Source: Eledone cirrhosa
Lineage: Eukaryota
Assembly (NCBI GenBank): GCA_964016885.1
Contig: OZ024741.1
Coordinates: forward strand, 263,128,001-263,192,000
Direction: 5' to 3'
DNA: 64,000 bases
Each line of letters opens with the position of its first letter. Position 1 is the stretch's first letter. Positions 51,452 through 63,419 of this stretch are shown here, in pieces. The position numbers and the translations under genes are program-made. The notes beneath the pieces were generated by a model. It searched no databases and was not told the origin of the DNA. It was given only the letters and a program-made list of their open reading frames with translations.

Positions 51452-52090
51452 CTAGCAGTGGTACTCGGCGTTGCACGGGATAAGGTATTTTGGAACGTGG
51501 GCCGCCAACAGACCTAATCGTGGAAAAACTGCATGCCTGGACAATATGTTAAGAAAATAAACCGAATACTCTGACGGCTGGATAATCTTTAAGATTTTCC
51601 TCGATGAAGCAGGAAAAATGCAGGTTTTCACCTAATGCGGGCCCTAGGGGATCAAGAAAATGAATTTTTTTTATGTGCATAATATGCCTTGAAATTTCGG
51701 GAAAATCGGCTAGACATAACGCCTCAAAAAAGCCCTAAAAAGCTGAAAAAACGCAGTTTTTCACCTAATGCAGGCTCTAGGCCATAAAAAAGTTGGATTT
51801 TCTTTACTCACGGTATGAAGAAGAGACTGACTAATACATAGTTACAATTTCAAGGAAATCGGTCTGACGTAATGCCTTAAAAAAAACCTAAAAAGCTGAA
51901 AAAAGCAGTTTTTCACCTAATGCGGGCTCTAGGGGATCAAAAAGTTGAATCTTTTTTATGTGCATACCACTCCCTGAAACATAAGTAATACACTTGTAAA
52001 GTTTGAAAAAATTGGTTGGGTACTTCTCAGGTTTTAGGGATTCAAACTCACAGACACTTAGACAGACATCCTCAGTTTTATATATCTAGA
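51452..52090 (-). mobile_element. Non-autonomous Helitron
   Basis: Minus strand starts TCTAGATATATAAAA and ends ccgtgcaacgccgagt...CTAG; internal duplicated segments. Confidence 0.75.
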
Positions 52091-52389
52091 TTATTATTAT
52101 TGTTTATTATTATTATATATACACGCACACATATATACACTCTACATATAATGGTATCCAAGACATGGTATCCCGACATCCTCAGTTTTATATATATAGA
52201 TAACATAATTTATGTCTTGATGAATATATGTGTGGTGTGGTAAATAAATATATACATATACACCAGGTCCGAACACAAAGGAACCAAACTCTCACTATCA
52301 CTGGCTTCGTCTCTCCCGCTTTCCCCAACTCTCACTATTATGAGCAAACGGGGAGGGGGACATGCACTGGCCATCCCGTGACCCCAGTG

Positions 52390-52645
52390 GGAAGAATAGA
52401 GAAGGTGTTTCCTCAAAGGATGGTGAGGGAGATGCGCTGCAACACCCATTCCACCTCACGAGGCTTACACCTACGAGTAGCCAACTCTGTGCTGATGGTG
52501 GTGTGTAGGGAGGTGGCCCTAGGGCCAAGGACATCAGAGGTCTCCACTGCTACGGGCTCGACCACAAACCTGTTGGAGAGCGACCAATATTTGGAGAGTT
52601 TGCTTCCTCGGCTCGAAGCACAGCAGAGCCTGGGTTAGCTGCAGA
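52390..52645 (-). mobile_element. CRE-clade LINE 3' fragment
   Basis: KLSKYWSLSNRFVVEPVAVETSDVLGPRA...EWVLQRISLTIL*GNTFSIL. Confidence 0.7.
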
Positions 52646-52669
52646 GTGCACCAGGTTTCCACTGCACAG

Positions 52670-52945
52670 CTTCCATTCCTTCACATCTTTTATTCCTTTA
52701 TTCCTTCACATCCTCTACACCTCCATTCCTTCACATCCTCTACACCTCCATTCCTTCACATCCTCTACACCTCCATTCCTTCACATCCTCTACACCTCCA
52801 TTCCTTCACACCCTCCACATACCTCCATTCCTTCACATCCTCTACACCTCCATTCCTTCACACCCTCCACATACCTCCATTCCTTCACACACTCCACACA
52901 CCTCCATTCCTTCACACCCTCTACACCTCCATTCCTTCACACCTC
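52670..52945. repeat. ~25-bp minisatellite
   Basis: Unit cacctccattccttcacatcctcta. Confidence 0.9.
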
Positions 52946-53481
52946 CTCGTCCGTCACACATTCATCAGTATCATCAAACACAGGTTTTCATAGAACTAAT
53001 AGTTTCATTGCTGTTGTTGTTTTCAAACTTTGCATTCTTGAATGGTCACACCCATCTGGCCACCCAGCTCTGACACCCCCCACTCCTTTTCCTATTCCAC
53101 CTTACCTCCCACTCTACTCCAGTCTAGTCTGTCTTATCTCCACACCACCATACCGCTACACCACATCACACCACCCAAGCTTATCCCCACCCACTCCACC
53201 ACATCACACCACCCCATCTTACCATCACACCACATCACACCAATCCACTTTACCATCCACCCCACTCCACATCACACCACACCACATCACCACTCTGCCT
53301 TAGACCCCCCCCCTCTCCACCTCTGTATTGAAGTGTTTAAAGTTGTTGTCTCTCTTCATTAAGCCCTGCTCTACATAAGACAGGAAGTTATCCCAAGTTT
53401 ACAGACACCAATGATGACTTTATATCATTACAACACTCAACTGACACAAGCTCTTCCTATCATTGCTCAGAACAATATATA

Positions 53482-53827
53482 TATCATCATCATCATCATT
53501 CAATTTTACGTCCGCTTTTTCCATGCTTGCAAGGGTGGGACGGGAACTGATTCTGGCTTGATTTCTACAGCTGGATGCCCTTCTTAACACCAACCTCATT
53601 TACAGTGAGTGCTGGGTGCTTTTTTGCCGTGGCACCTCCACAACCACTTTGCAGTGGAATGATAGGGACCCCAGTCCCTATCATCTCATTTCTACAGCTG
53701 AGTAAATTGGAGCAATGTGAAATAAAGTGTCTTGCTCAAGGAAACAACACATCACCCGGTCTGAGAATTGAACTCACAACCTTTCGATTGCAAGGCCAAT
53801 GCTTTAACCACTAAGCCATGTGCCTCC
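53482..53827 (-). mobile_element. tRNA-derived SINE with RTE-type tail
   Basis: Reverse complement of 55878-56217. Confidence 0.85.
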
Positions 53828-53987
53828 TATATATATATATATGAAGAAGAGAGGTGGCTGTATAGTTGCTAGATAAGGTATACTTAAAAATAAGAAGAAA
53901 GGAAGAATGGGAGAAAGTTTTCCTTCATCAGCTGTCTGGTGGGGGTCTCGGATATTTCTACGCATTAAAGACAATATATCTGTATAC

Positions 53988-54022
<35 letters not shown>

Positions 54023-54033
54023 CATATATCTGA

Positions 54034-54064
<31 letters not shown>

Positions 54065-54087
54065 CGTGTGTGTGTGTGTGTGAGGAC

Positions 54088-55199
54088 AGTGCAAACTTTG
54101 TACAGAGGTGCTGTCAGTAAAGTCAGGGTAGGAATGGAGTTTAGTGAGCAATTTCCAGATACAAGTAGGAGTACATCAGGGTTCGGTCCTCATTACAGTC
54201 CTCCAAGCCATAACAGAGGAGTTTAAGACTGGCTGTCGATGGGAACTTCTCTATGCTGACAATCTGGTTCTTATAGCAGAATCAGAAGAGGAGCTAGAGA
54301 ATAAATTCTGGCTATGGAAACACCAGTTGGAAGCAAGAGGACTGAGAGTGAAACTAGCTAAGACAAAATTGTTGATGATTAGAAAGTCAGGGAAATGGCC
54401 ATGTTCGATATGCAAAAATGGAAGTGACATAAATTCTATAAAGATCTTGGGTACACAAGCAGGCAAACTAACAGGTAGGGAGAAATATGTATGCAGTAGA
54501 CGTACAGGGAAATTAGACAGTAGAAGTGACATTGATAAACACATTTTTTAAATGCAGGCGGGTGCTATAGAAGTGGTTGATAGCTTCCGGTACCTAGGAG
54601 ATCAGATTAGCATGGGAGGGGGGTGTTCCGAGGCCATAGTATCTAGAATAAGGATGGGTTGGAAGAAGTTTAGGGAGCTGCTTCCTCTGCTGATGAAGAA
54701 GGGTTTCTCCCTGCTTACGAAAGGCCGGTTATATGATGCCTGTGTGAGGAGTGTGATGCTGCATGGTAGTGAGACTTGGGCAGCAACTGCAGAGGATATG
54801 CGATGGCTAGAGAGAAATAAGGCAAGCATGCTCCGTTGGATGTGCAATGTCAATGTGCGTGAACGTCCTAGCATGGATGTGTTGAGAGAGAAACTGTGTC
54901 TGAGACAGATAGAATGTAGTGTGCGAGCGAGGAGACTGCGATGGTATGGACATGTGATGCGCATGGGGGATGACCGATGGGTGAAGAAGTGCCAGGAAAT
55001 GCCAGTTGAAGGAAAACGTGGTAGAGGTAGACCACGAAAAACATGGGCGGAGGTGGTGAGAACAGACCTCAGATTGCTGATGCTCACAGTGGAGATGACG
55101 AAGGACCACGACAAGTGGAGAGATGCTGTGCTGAATAAGACCTGTCCCACCCTTGCAAGCAGGGAGAAGCGGACGTAAAATGATGATGATGATGATGAT
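54088..55199 (+). mobile_element. RTE LINE 3' part, second subfamily
   Basis: GVHQGSVL, LLYADNL, VDSFRYLGD, RRLRWYGHVMR, GRPRKTW; the ORF ends immediately before (GAT)n. Confidence 0.92.
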
Positions 55200-55360
55200 G
55201 TTAGGAAGGGCATCCAGCTGTAGAAATCAAGCCAGAATCAGTTCCTGTATGAGCAAGACAAGGTCAGCTGACTGGACACTGCCCACAACAGGACAACCCA
55301 TCTAACCCATGCTAGTGTCGAAGAACGGACGTAAAACAGTGATGATGATGATATATATAT

Positions 55361-55543
55361 AGTGAAATTCCGTTATAACGAAATTCACGGGGTATAAAAA
55401 CAAATTCGTTGTAATGAAAAATTCTTTATAATGAGATTGACCGAAACAAACCAAGTGTTTGTTATTACCTAGAGGATTGAAAAAGATTTCATTATACTGA
55501 AAAATTCGTTATAATGGTATTCGTTATAATGGAATTTTACCTG
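55361..55543. mobile_element. pogo/Tigger-like MITE
   Basis: TIRs agtgaaattccgttataacgaa / ttcgttataatggaattttacctg, TA-flanked. Confidence 0.65.
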
Positions 55544-55877
55544 TATATATATTTATGTGTGTTGTTATGTGTGTGTACATGTGTGTGTGATAAGAAATTT
55601 ATGTGCATGTGTATGTATACCTGTGTGCATATGTGTGTGTATGTGTGTGCATATGTATGTGTGCATATGTGTGTGTATGTATGTGTGCATATGTGTGTAT
55701 GCATATGTATGTGTGTATATGTGCATGTGTGTGTGTGTGCATATGTGTGTGTGTATTGTGTGACAAGAAAATGTGTGTGTGAGTATGTGTGTGATAAGAA
55801 AATATACGTGTGTGTGTGTATGTGCGTATCTATGTGTGTGTGTACCTGTGTGTGTGTGTGTGTGTGTGTGTTTACGT

Positions 55878-56217
55878 GGAGGCACATGGCTTAGTGGTTA
55901 GAGTATTGGCCTTGCAATCGAAAGGTTGTGAGTTCAATTCTCAGACCGGGTGATATGTTGTTTCCTTGAGCAAGACACTTTATTTCACATTGCTCCAGTT
56001 TACTCAGCTGTAGAAATGAGATGATAGGGACTGGGGTCCACATCATTCCACTGCAAAGTGGACGTGGAGGTGCCATGGCAAAAAAGCACCCAGCACTCAC
56101 TGTAAATGAGGTTGGTGTTAGGAAGGGCATCCAGCTGTAGAAATCAAGCCAGAATCAGTTCCCGTCCCACCCTTGCAAGCAGGGAAAAGCGGACGTAAAA
56201 TGATGATGATGATGATG
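55878..56217 (+). mobile_element. Full-length tRNA-derived SINE with RTE-type tail
   Basis: A box tggcttagtgg, B box gagttcaattc, core ccttgagcaagacactt, tail cccacccttgcaagcagggaaaagcggacgtaaaa(tga)n. Confidence 0.88.
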
Positions 56218-56289
56218 AATCAACAATTATAAGTTTACCCTCTTCGGCTCCTACAAACAGTGAAGTCTGGGTTAGTCACTGAATACACC

Positions 56290-56520
56290 ACATTGCAACA
56301 GGAGTAGGTGTAGAATCCCAGATGTCGGGCCTACCACCGTGGAAAGGGAAGATTGTTAGGCCATCTGACCTTTTGCCAAGCCCTTAACCCAGCCCTGCAG
56401 TCTCGAGCTGGGAAGAGAAGCCAATGGTATCCAGATCATGCTTTATAATCTCGTTGAGAGCAGCCTGACGTGGGAGACAGCTTGCACTATAACAGTATGA
56501 CAGTGGGTGGAGACTGAAAG
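56290..56520 (-). mobile_element. CRE-clade LINE fragment (zinc-knuckle/RLE junction)
   Basis: HPLSYCYSASCLPRQAALNEII...QLETAGLG*GLGKRSDGLTIFPFHGG..IWDST, resembling RHxxLN...EPxGL..DGKRPDG.T..PW..G...WD.T. Confidence 0.65.
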
Positions 56521-56639
56521 AGACAACAGTGGATCTGCAATAGATTTCCAGTGGATCTGCAGTAGATCTCCAGTGGATCTGCAGCGGCTTGTGTGTGGGT
56601 TCACAGAGCAGGAGGCCGAGCCTCAGGTAGATACCAATG

Positions 56640-57212
56640 TACAAATAGCCACTGTCCACCTTGGTAAATACCAGTTGAGAGTGATGGTATGATGGTACTG
56701 CATTGAGCCATGTGAAACTGTGAGATTGGGTAGCTGAGCCTCAGGGAAATAGCCACTGTCCACCTTGGTAAATACCAGTTAAGAGTGATAATATAACATT
56801 GAGCCAGGTGCCACTGTCAGGTTGGGTGACCAAACATCAGGGAGATGATAATGTACAAATAGCCACAGTCCACCTAGGAAAGTACCAGTTAAGAGTGATG
56901 GTACTGCATTGAGACAGGCTCCACTATAGGGTGGCTGTGCCTCAGGGAGACACCAATGTACAAACAGCCACAGTCCACCTAGGAAAGTACCAGTTAAGAG
57001 TGATGGTACTGAATTGAGCCAGGTGCCACTGTGGGGTGGCTGTGCCTCAGGGAGACACCAATGTACAAATAGCCACAGTCCACCTAGGAAAGTACCAGTT
57101 AAGAGTGATGGTACTGAATTGAGCCAGGTGCCACTGTGGGGTGGCTGTGCCTCAGGGAGACAGCAATGTACAAATAGCCACAGTCCACCTAGGAAAGTAC
57201 CAATTGAGAGTG
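56640..57212. repeat. 105-bp tandem repeat
   Basis: cacctaggaa recurs at 56871, 56976, 57081 and 57186. Confidence 0.9.
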
Positions 57213-58629
57213 TTGGTAAGGAGTTAGTTATTAGAAGAGACAGTGGCTTTCTCAAACATTGTCCTTCATTCATATTTTGTTTACTTCAGGGTGTTACCAT
57301 CACCACAACTACTACCACTACTACTACTACTACTACTATATCTAACACTACTATTACCACCACTACTAACTACTGTTGTGTTGAAGCTAATTATTTGCAG
57401 GAAACATTGTTATTTCCTGCTGATGAGTGTCACCATCATCTTGTCTGTCCTCTCACACCTCCATCTCCACCTCTACACCACCACATACATATTATTGAGG
57501 GAGGAGGAGGTGGTCAGCCATCATCTTGTCTGTCCACTCACACCTCTGCATACATATTAATGAGAGAGGGAGAGAGTGGTCAGTCATCATCTTGTCTGTC
57601 CATTCACACCACTTCTACAGCTCCACATACAAGTGAGAGAGGGGGAGGTGGTCAACTATCATCTTGTCTGTCCACTCACATCTCCTCCTTCCCCTCTACA
57701 CATACAGACAAATGAGAGAAGTGGAGAGAGGCATGGTGGTCAGCCCTCATTTTCCACACACACACCTACACATACATACTACTGAGGGAGGGGGAAGGCT
57801 AAAGAAGGTGTGAAGTGCTGGAAGAAAAGGAAATAGTTATATTGTCACAAAACGCATACATACATCACATAAGGCTAGGCACAAGGCCAATTAAATCGAC
57901 CCTAGTGCATTACTGGTACTTTATTTTATCGATAAAAGTCAAAGCTAATCTCAATGGGATTTGAACTCAGAATGTAAAGGGCCGTAACGCTTTGTTGCCA
58001 ATTTACTGCCCTCACACATCACATAATAATGAAAGGGGTGAATATTTTGCTTATGGTCTCCTTTTGGCCTACCAGCTTTGCACAGGCCTGGCTATGGAGA
58101 CACAAACCTCCAACCTGTATAGTTGGCTCTCCCTGAGTCAATAAGTATGACACAACATGGCCTCTTGGCCTGTTAGTAATAAGTCCCATGACAAGTTTCT
58201 CCATTTACCCCCTCACTAAATTTCATTTCCTCCAATATCATCTTTAGTCATGTCTTTATAGGTTTTCCCCTTCCATTACATCCTTCCACATTCATTTCTA
58301 TCACTCCTCTTGCCCAGTCACTTTCATCCTTCCTCAATACATAGCCCAGGCATCACATTCTATTTCTCTACACAATATTCATTGCTGGCTCTAATCCTAT
58401 CATCTCATGCGCTAAGAAATTTCAACATTACTTCAGCCTTTCAAGTGTGACCAGCCTGTCCCTTAAAACCTAACCCCAACCCTAACCCTAAAACTAAAAC
58501 ATAAATTGCATTACATTTTATTCAAAAGCCAAAATGAATTCACCATTTAGTAGTTGTTTTGAAAATATTCACTTTCAGACCATAATCTGAGATTCCCCCA
58601 CAAAAAAGATTAGATGGTTTAGGCTTCAA

Positions 58630-60270
58630 CCATAGGGCTGACCTGAACAGGGCTGCTTGATTTGGGACACTTGATTGACTGACTTAATCAGGACTGTCAT
58701 GATCAGAGCTGACTTGATCAGGAGTGCTTGATCAGGACTGCTGGATCAGAACTGAATTGATTAGAGCTGTCATGATCAGAGATGACTTGATCAAGGCTGA
58801 CCTGATCAGGACTGTTTTATCAGAACTGACTTGATCAGAGCTGCCGTGATCAGGACTGTTTGATCAGAACTGACTTGATCAGAGCTGCCGTGATCAGGAC
58901 TATTTGATCAGAACTGACTTGATCAGAGCTGCCATGATCAGGACTGTTTGATCAGAACTGACTTGATCAGAGCTGCCGTGATCAGGACTGTTTTATCAGA
59001 ACTGACTTGATCAGAGCTGCCGTGATCAGGACTGTTTGATCAGAACTGACTTGATCAGAGCTGCCGTGATCAGGACTGTTTGATCAGAACTGACTTGATC
59101 AGAGCTGCCGTGATCAGGACTGTTTGATCAGAACTGACTTGATCAGAGCTGCCGTGATCAGGACTGTTTGATCAGAACTGACTTGATCAGAGCTGCCGTG
59201 ATCAGGACTATTTGATCAGAACTGACTTGATCAGAGCTGCCATGATCAGGACTGTTTGATCAGAACTGACTTGATCAGAGCTGCCGTGATCAGGACTATT
59301 TGATCAGAACTGACTTGATCAGAGCTGCCGTGATCAGGACTGTTTTATCAGAACTGACTTGATCAGAGCTGCCGTGATCAGGACTGTTTGATCAGAACTG
59401 ACTTGATCAGAGCTGCCGTGATCAGGACTATTTGATCAGAACTGACTTGATCAGAGCTGCCATGATCAGGACTGTTTGATCAGAACTGACTTGATCAGAG
59501 CGGCCGTGATCAGGTCTGTTTGATCAGAACTGACGTGATCAGAGCTGCCATGATCAGGACTGTTTTATCAGAACTGACTTGATCAGAGCTGCCGTGATCA
59601 GGACTGTTTTATCAGAACTGACTTGATCAGAGCTGCCATGATCAGGACTGTTTGATCAGAACTGACTTGATCAGAGCAGCCATGATCAGGACTGTTTGAT
59701 CAGAACTGACTTGATCAGAGCTGCCATGATCAGGACTGTTTTATCAGAACTGACTTGATCAGAGCTGCCATGATCAGGACTGTTTGATCAGAACTGACTT
59801 GATCAGAGCAGCCATGATCAGGACTGTTTGATCAGAACTGACTTGATCAGAGCTGCCATGATCAGGACTGTTTGATCAGAACTGACTTGATTAGAGCTGC
59901 CATGATCAGGACTGTTTGATCAGAACTGACTTGATCAGAGCTGCCATGATCAGGACTGTTTGATCAGAACTGACTTGATCAGAGCTGCCATGATCAGGAC
60001 TGTTTGATCAGAACTGACTTGATCAGAGCTGCCATGATCAGGACTGTTTGATCAGAACTGACTTGATCAGAGCTGCCGTGATCAGGACTGTTTGATCAGG
60101 ACTGTTTGATCAGAACTGACTTGATCAGAGCTGCCATGATCAGGACTGTTTGATCAGAACTGACTTGATCAGAGCTGCCATGATCAGGACTGTTTGATCA
60201 AAACTGACTTGATCAAAGCTGTTGTGATCAAGACTGTCTGATCAGTGCTGACCTGATCAGGGCTGTTTTT
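58630..60270. repeat. 44-bp satellite built from three ~15-bp TGATCA subunits
   Basis: gatcagaactgactt + gatcagagctgccgt + gatcaggactgttt. Confidence 0.95.
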
Positions 60271-60519
60271 ATCAAGTCAACTCTGACGTCAAACAACCAC
60301 AACACAACACAAATACAGATATGCAGCTACTGAGATAGTTATGACATGTTCACATCTTAAAACATTCATAGCAAGACATATGTTTATTATACATAAACAT
60401 ACTCTATATGTTTCCATTACACCTCTATTATAAATCATTGTATATTATTGTTAGTGATAATATATATATATATACATAAACATACTAGATATGCTTTCAT
60501 TACACCTCTATTATAAATC

Positions 60520-60826
60520 ATTTGTTTAGCTCTTTATTGTCAAAGCTCTTTTGTCACACATGCTCTGACCTCCTCAGCGATTACCTTTGTTATTTTGTGT
60601 CTCTCCTTTGTTCTGTCTGACACCAAATAAATGGTGCAAAACAGAACAAAGGAGAGACATAAATAACAACAAAAGAATGTGTGACAAATGAGATTTGATA
60701 ATAAACAACTAAACAACCGCTCGGTTATTAAACTGACCGACTAGGAAATTATAATAAACTGAAGTGAAACCTAACAGGTGCGTCTGTTTTTTTATTGGCA
60801 ATATAACCCTCCCAAAGTATAATAAT
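60520..60826. mobile_element. Old inverted-repeat element with family-C hammerhead remnants and tail
   Basis: Arms ~60522-60620 and ~60630-60715; minus strand CTGAGGA-ggtca..tgac-AAAA-gagc-TT; tail ...ccctcccaaagtataa as at 17215. Confidence 0.55.
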
Positions 60827-60964
60827 ATCTGTTTCAACACGTTTTCAGACTTTAAAAAATCTTGCTTAACAAATACAAAAACGAGAGAGAGGGGGAGAAA
60901 GAGTGAGAGAGAGAGACAGAGAAAAAGTGAGGGAGCATGAAAATGAGAGACAGTAATAAAGTGG

Positions 60965-61004
<40 letters not shown>

Positions 61005-61292
61005 AGGAGAGAGTAAGAAGGAGAGGGGAGAGAGAGACGTGGGGACGGGATTGTAAGCTCGTGTCTATGTTTATGTGTCGTAAGTCAGTCGTTCGACAAT
61101 CAAAGGAATATGTTAAAATATGTTCTAGAGTTGAAAAATTTAAGTTATGAAGTGCTATACATTACTAAACCCCTTCTTCTCGGTTGTACCGCCAGCATGA
61201 AGTAGATATACCTTACTAAACCCCTTATTCCGGCTGTACCCCAACATGGTTGCTGTTTAATTACTGAAACAAGTAAATAAATAAATATATAA

Positions 61293-62130
61293 GCATGTAA
61301 CCCAGTACAACCTGTCGCGTGGTCTGGTCGTCGGCGACTAAACCGGCAACCCTACCAAGTTTACTTGGTGAGGAGGGTGATTTTGGACACCCTGCAGGAC
61401 AAAAAACAAAACCTGACAAAGGGCGGAAGAGTCAACAGCCATCCAAAAGTGTGTAAATATGTATCTACACATGTACATATGTATGTATATGTATATGTGT
61501 ATATACATGGGTGCATGTGTATGTATATGCGCGGGGACAGTTGGTCTGGACACCCGATCGCGCGGTTAAACCACTGGGAATGAAGGATTCCTAGCCTTTG
61601 TCAGGGCATTCTTCTAGGAGAAGGCAACTCAGGAAACTGGGATAACTCCGACATAAAACCTGCGGCTCAGTAGTTAACGATGATGTTGATCTTTTCTTCT
61701 TTTCGGGTTATGGCTACTGTTGCTCAGAGAGTGGGATTGGCTCAGTGCACAGTCTTTCCTCACTTTAAAAAAAAACTTCGTGTAATGGCCATACTCGATA
61801 ATGAGGGGGCAGCCATCATATAAGCATATGGTGGATGGGTGCTACACGAGAATGCTGAGGATGGCTCTGAACATTAATCAGTATACACTGAGGATGAAAA
61901 ACTCAGAGCTGTATGGGAGCCTCCCAAAAGTCAGCTCAAAAGTGATACAGAGGAGACAGGTTAACTGGACATGCTCACCGACATCCAGAGTTGACATTGC
62001 ACTCAGTGCTCCTGCGGGAGCCCCTACATGGACACACTGGAAGAGGAAGACCAAGGTTAACGTATGTTGATGCCCTAAGGACAGACACTGGTCTATTGGA
62101 GACGCTGGAGAGAACTCGTCCATGGATCTC
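61293..62130 (+). mobile_element. Internally deleted RTEX-type LINE (5' region joined to ORF C-terminus)
   Basis: VDGCYTRMLRMALNI...LYGSLPKVSSKVIQRR / TGHAHRHPE...EPLHGHTGRGRPRLTYVDAL..DTGL is a typical RTEX C-terminus. Confidence 0.7.
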
Positions 62131-62307
62131 GGGAATTTTACCCGCCCTAGAATAGAATATGTTAAGTATTTCCGTAGAAAAGGTAAAGGAAAGCAGATTG
62201 CTCTATGTATAGTACAGAGCTAATTAATTATTATAAACATGGTCGATAAAATAAAGTACCAGTAATACACTGGTATTTGCTGGCCTTGTGCCTAACGTAG
62301 AAACAAT

Positions 62308-62359
<52 letters not shown>

Positions 62360-62440
62360 ATAATAATAAATTTGAAGACTAAAATCCAAAGAGGGCTCGA
62401 TAAGGATAAATATATATCAAATATATAAGAACCATAGAGC

Positions 62441-62569
62441 AAATATTTATTAAAATAACAGATTAAAGTTTAAGCAAAGAATCGCTGCTTTCACCCTTAA
62501 CGGGATCTTCTGAAGATCCCGTTAAGGGTGAAAGCAACCATTCTTTGCTTAAACTTTAATGTTATTTTA

Positions 62570-62578
<9 letters not shown>
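62441..62578. repeat. Palindrome centred on a hammerhead-like core (family D)
   Basis: ...ctttcacccttaacgggatcttCTGAAGAtccc gttaa gggtGAAAgca...; related stubs at 18493-18553 and ~42511-42590. Confidence 0.55.
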
Positions 62579-62631
<53 letters not shown>

Positions 62632-63258
62632 ATTTATGTATGTATTATGTATGTGTGTGTATGTATATAAAATGAATAAAAAGAACCAAAATTAAATTAC
62701 ATTTAAATTAATTTTTGTATATATATTATATATAAGCATATATATACACAGACATATGTATGTATAATGTTCACTTACCGTTTAGTTCTTTCATGTAAAG
62801 TTCGTTGACAAAAAAATAACCACATCGATCGGATGGCAGGGGTGGGTGGGGTCCATCTGCTGTCGTGTATATGTGTCACTAGTCTATATATGTTTGTGTG
62901 TAGAATACAGTATAGATGTGTGTGTATGAAGTTTATTATAGATGTGTGTTTGCGTGTAGAGTATATATATAGAGATAGATAGATGTGTGTTTGCGTGTAG
63001 AGTATATATATATAGATGTGTGTTTGCGTAGAGTATATTTTGGCTTCCACAAAAATTCTCTTCGCTCTTTCAATTAGAACACTTTCAAATGTACAGTTAA
63101 TGTGGTGTGGTGAATAAAAATATATATTTATATATGTGTGTGTATGTATATATAGAGAGAGATACGCTGGGAGTTACAAGTTTTTAAACTAGTAAGACTA
63201 TGTTCAGCTAAGTACTCGATATGTAGGTATGTATTGCAAACAGTTAGTGTACTATATA

Positions 63259-63321
<63 letters not shown>

Positions 63322-63419
63322 AGTATGTATGTATGTATGTGTGTAGAGAGAGAAAGACAGAGTTTGTGTTATTTGTGTCACAGAATTAGATAAAATATTA
63401 AGAACAATGTCCACAGAGG

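Noticed and set aside
53895-53935. CTGATGA on the minus strand as a hammerhead
   Set aside because: No correctly placed GAAA, stem III or TH follows.
58465-58500. Interstitial telomere (CCCTAA)n
   Set aside because: Only 2-3 imperfect units; more likely part of a dispersed repeat.
61700-61822. HDV-like ribozyme in the RTEX 5' region (ttcctcac resembles L3)
   Set aside because: Could not build the P1/P3/P2 pairings by eye; needs a descriptor search.
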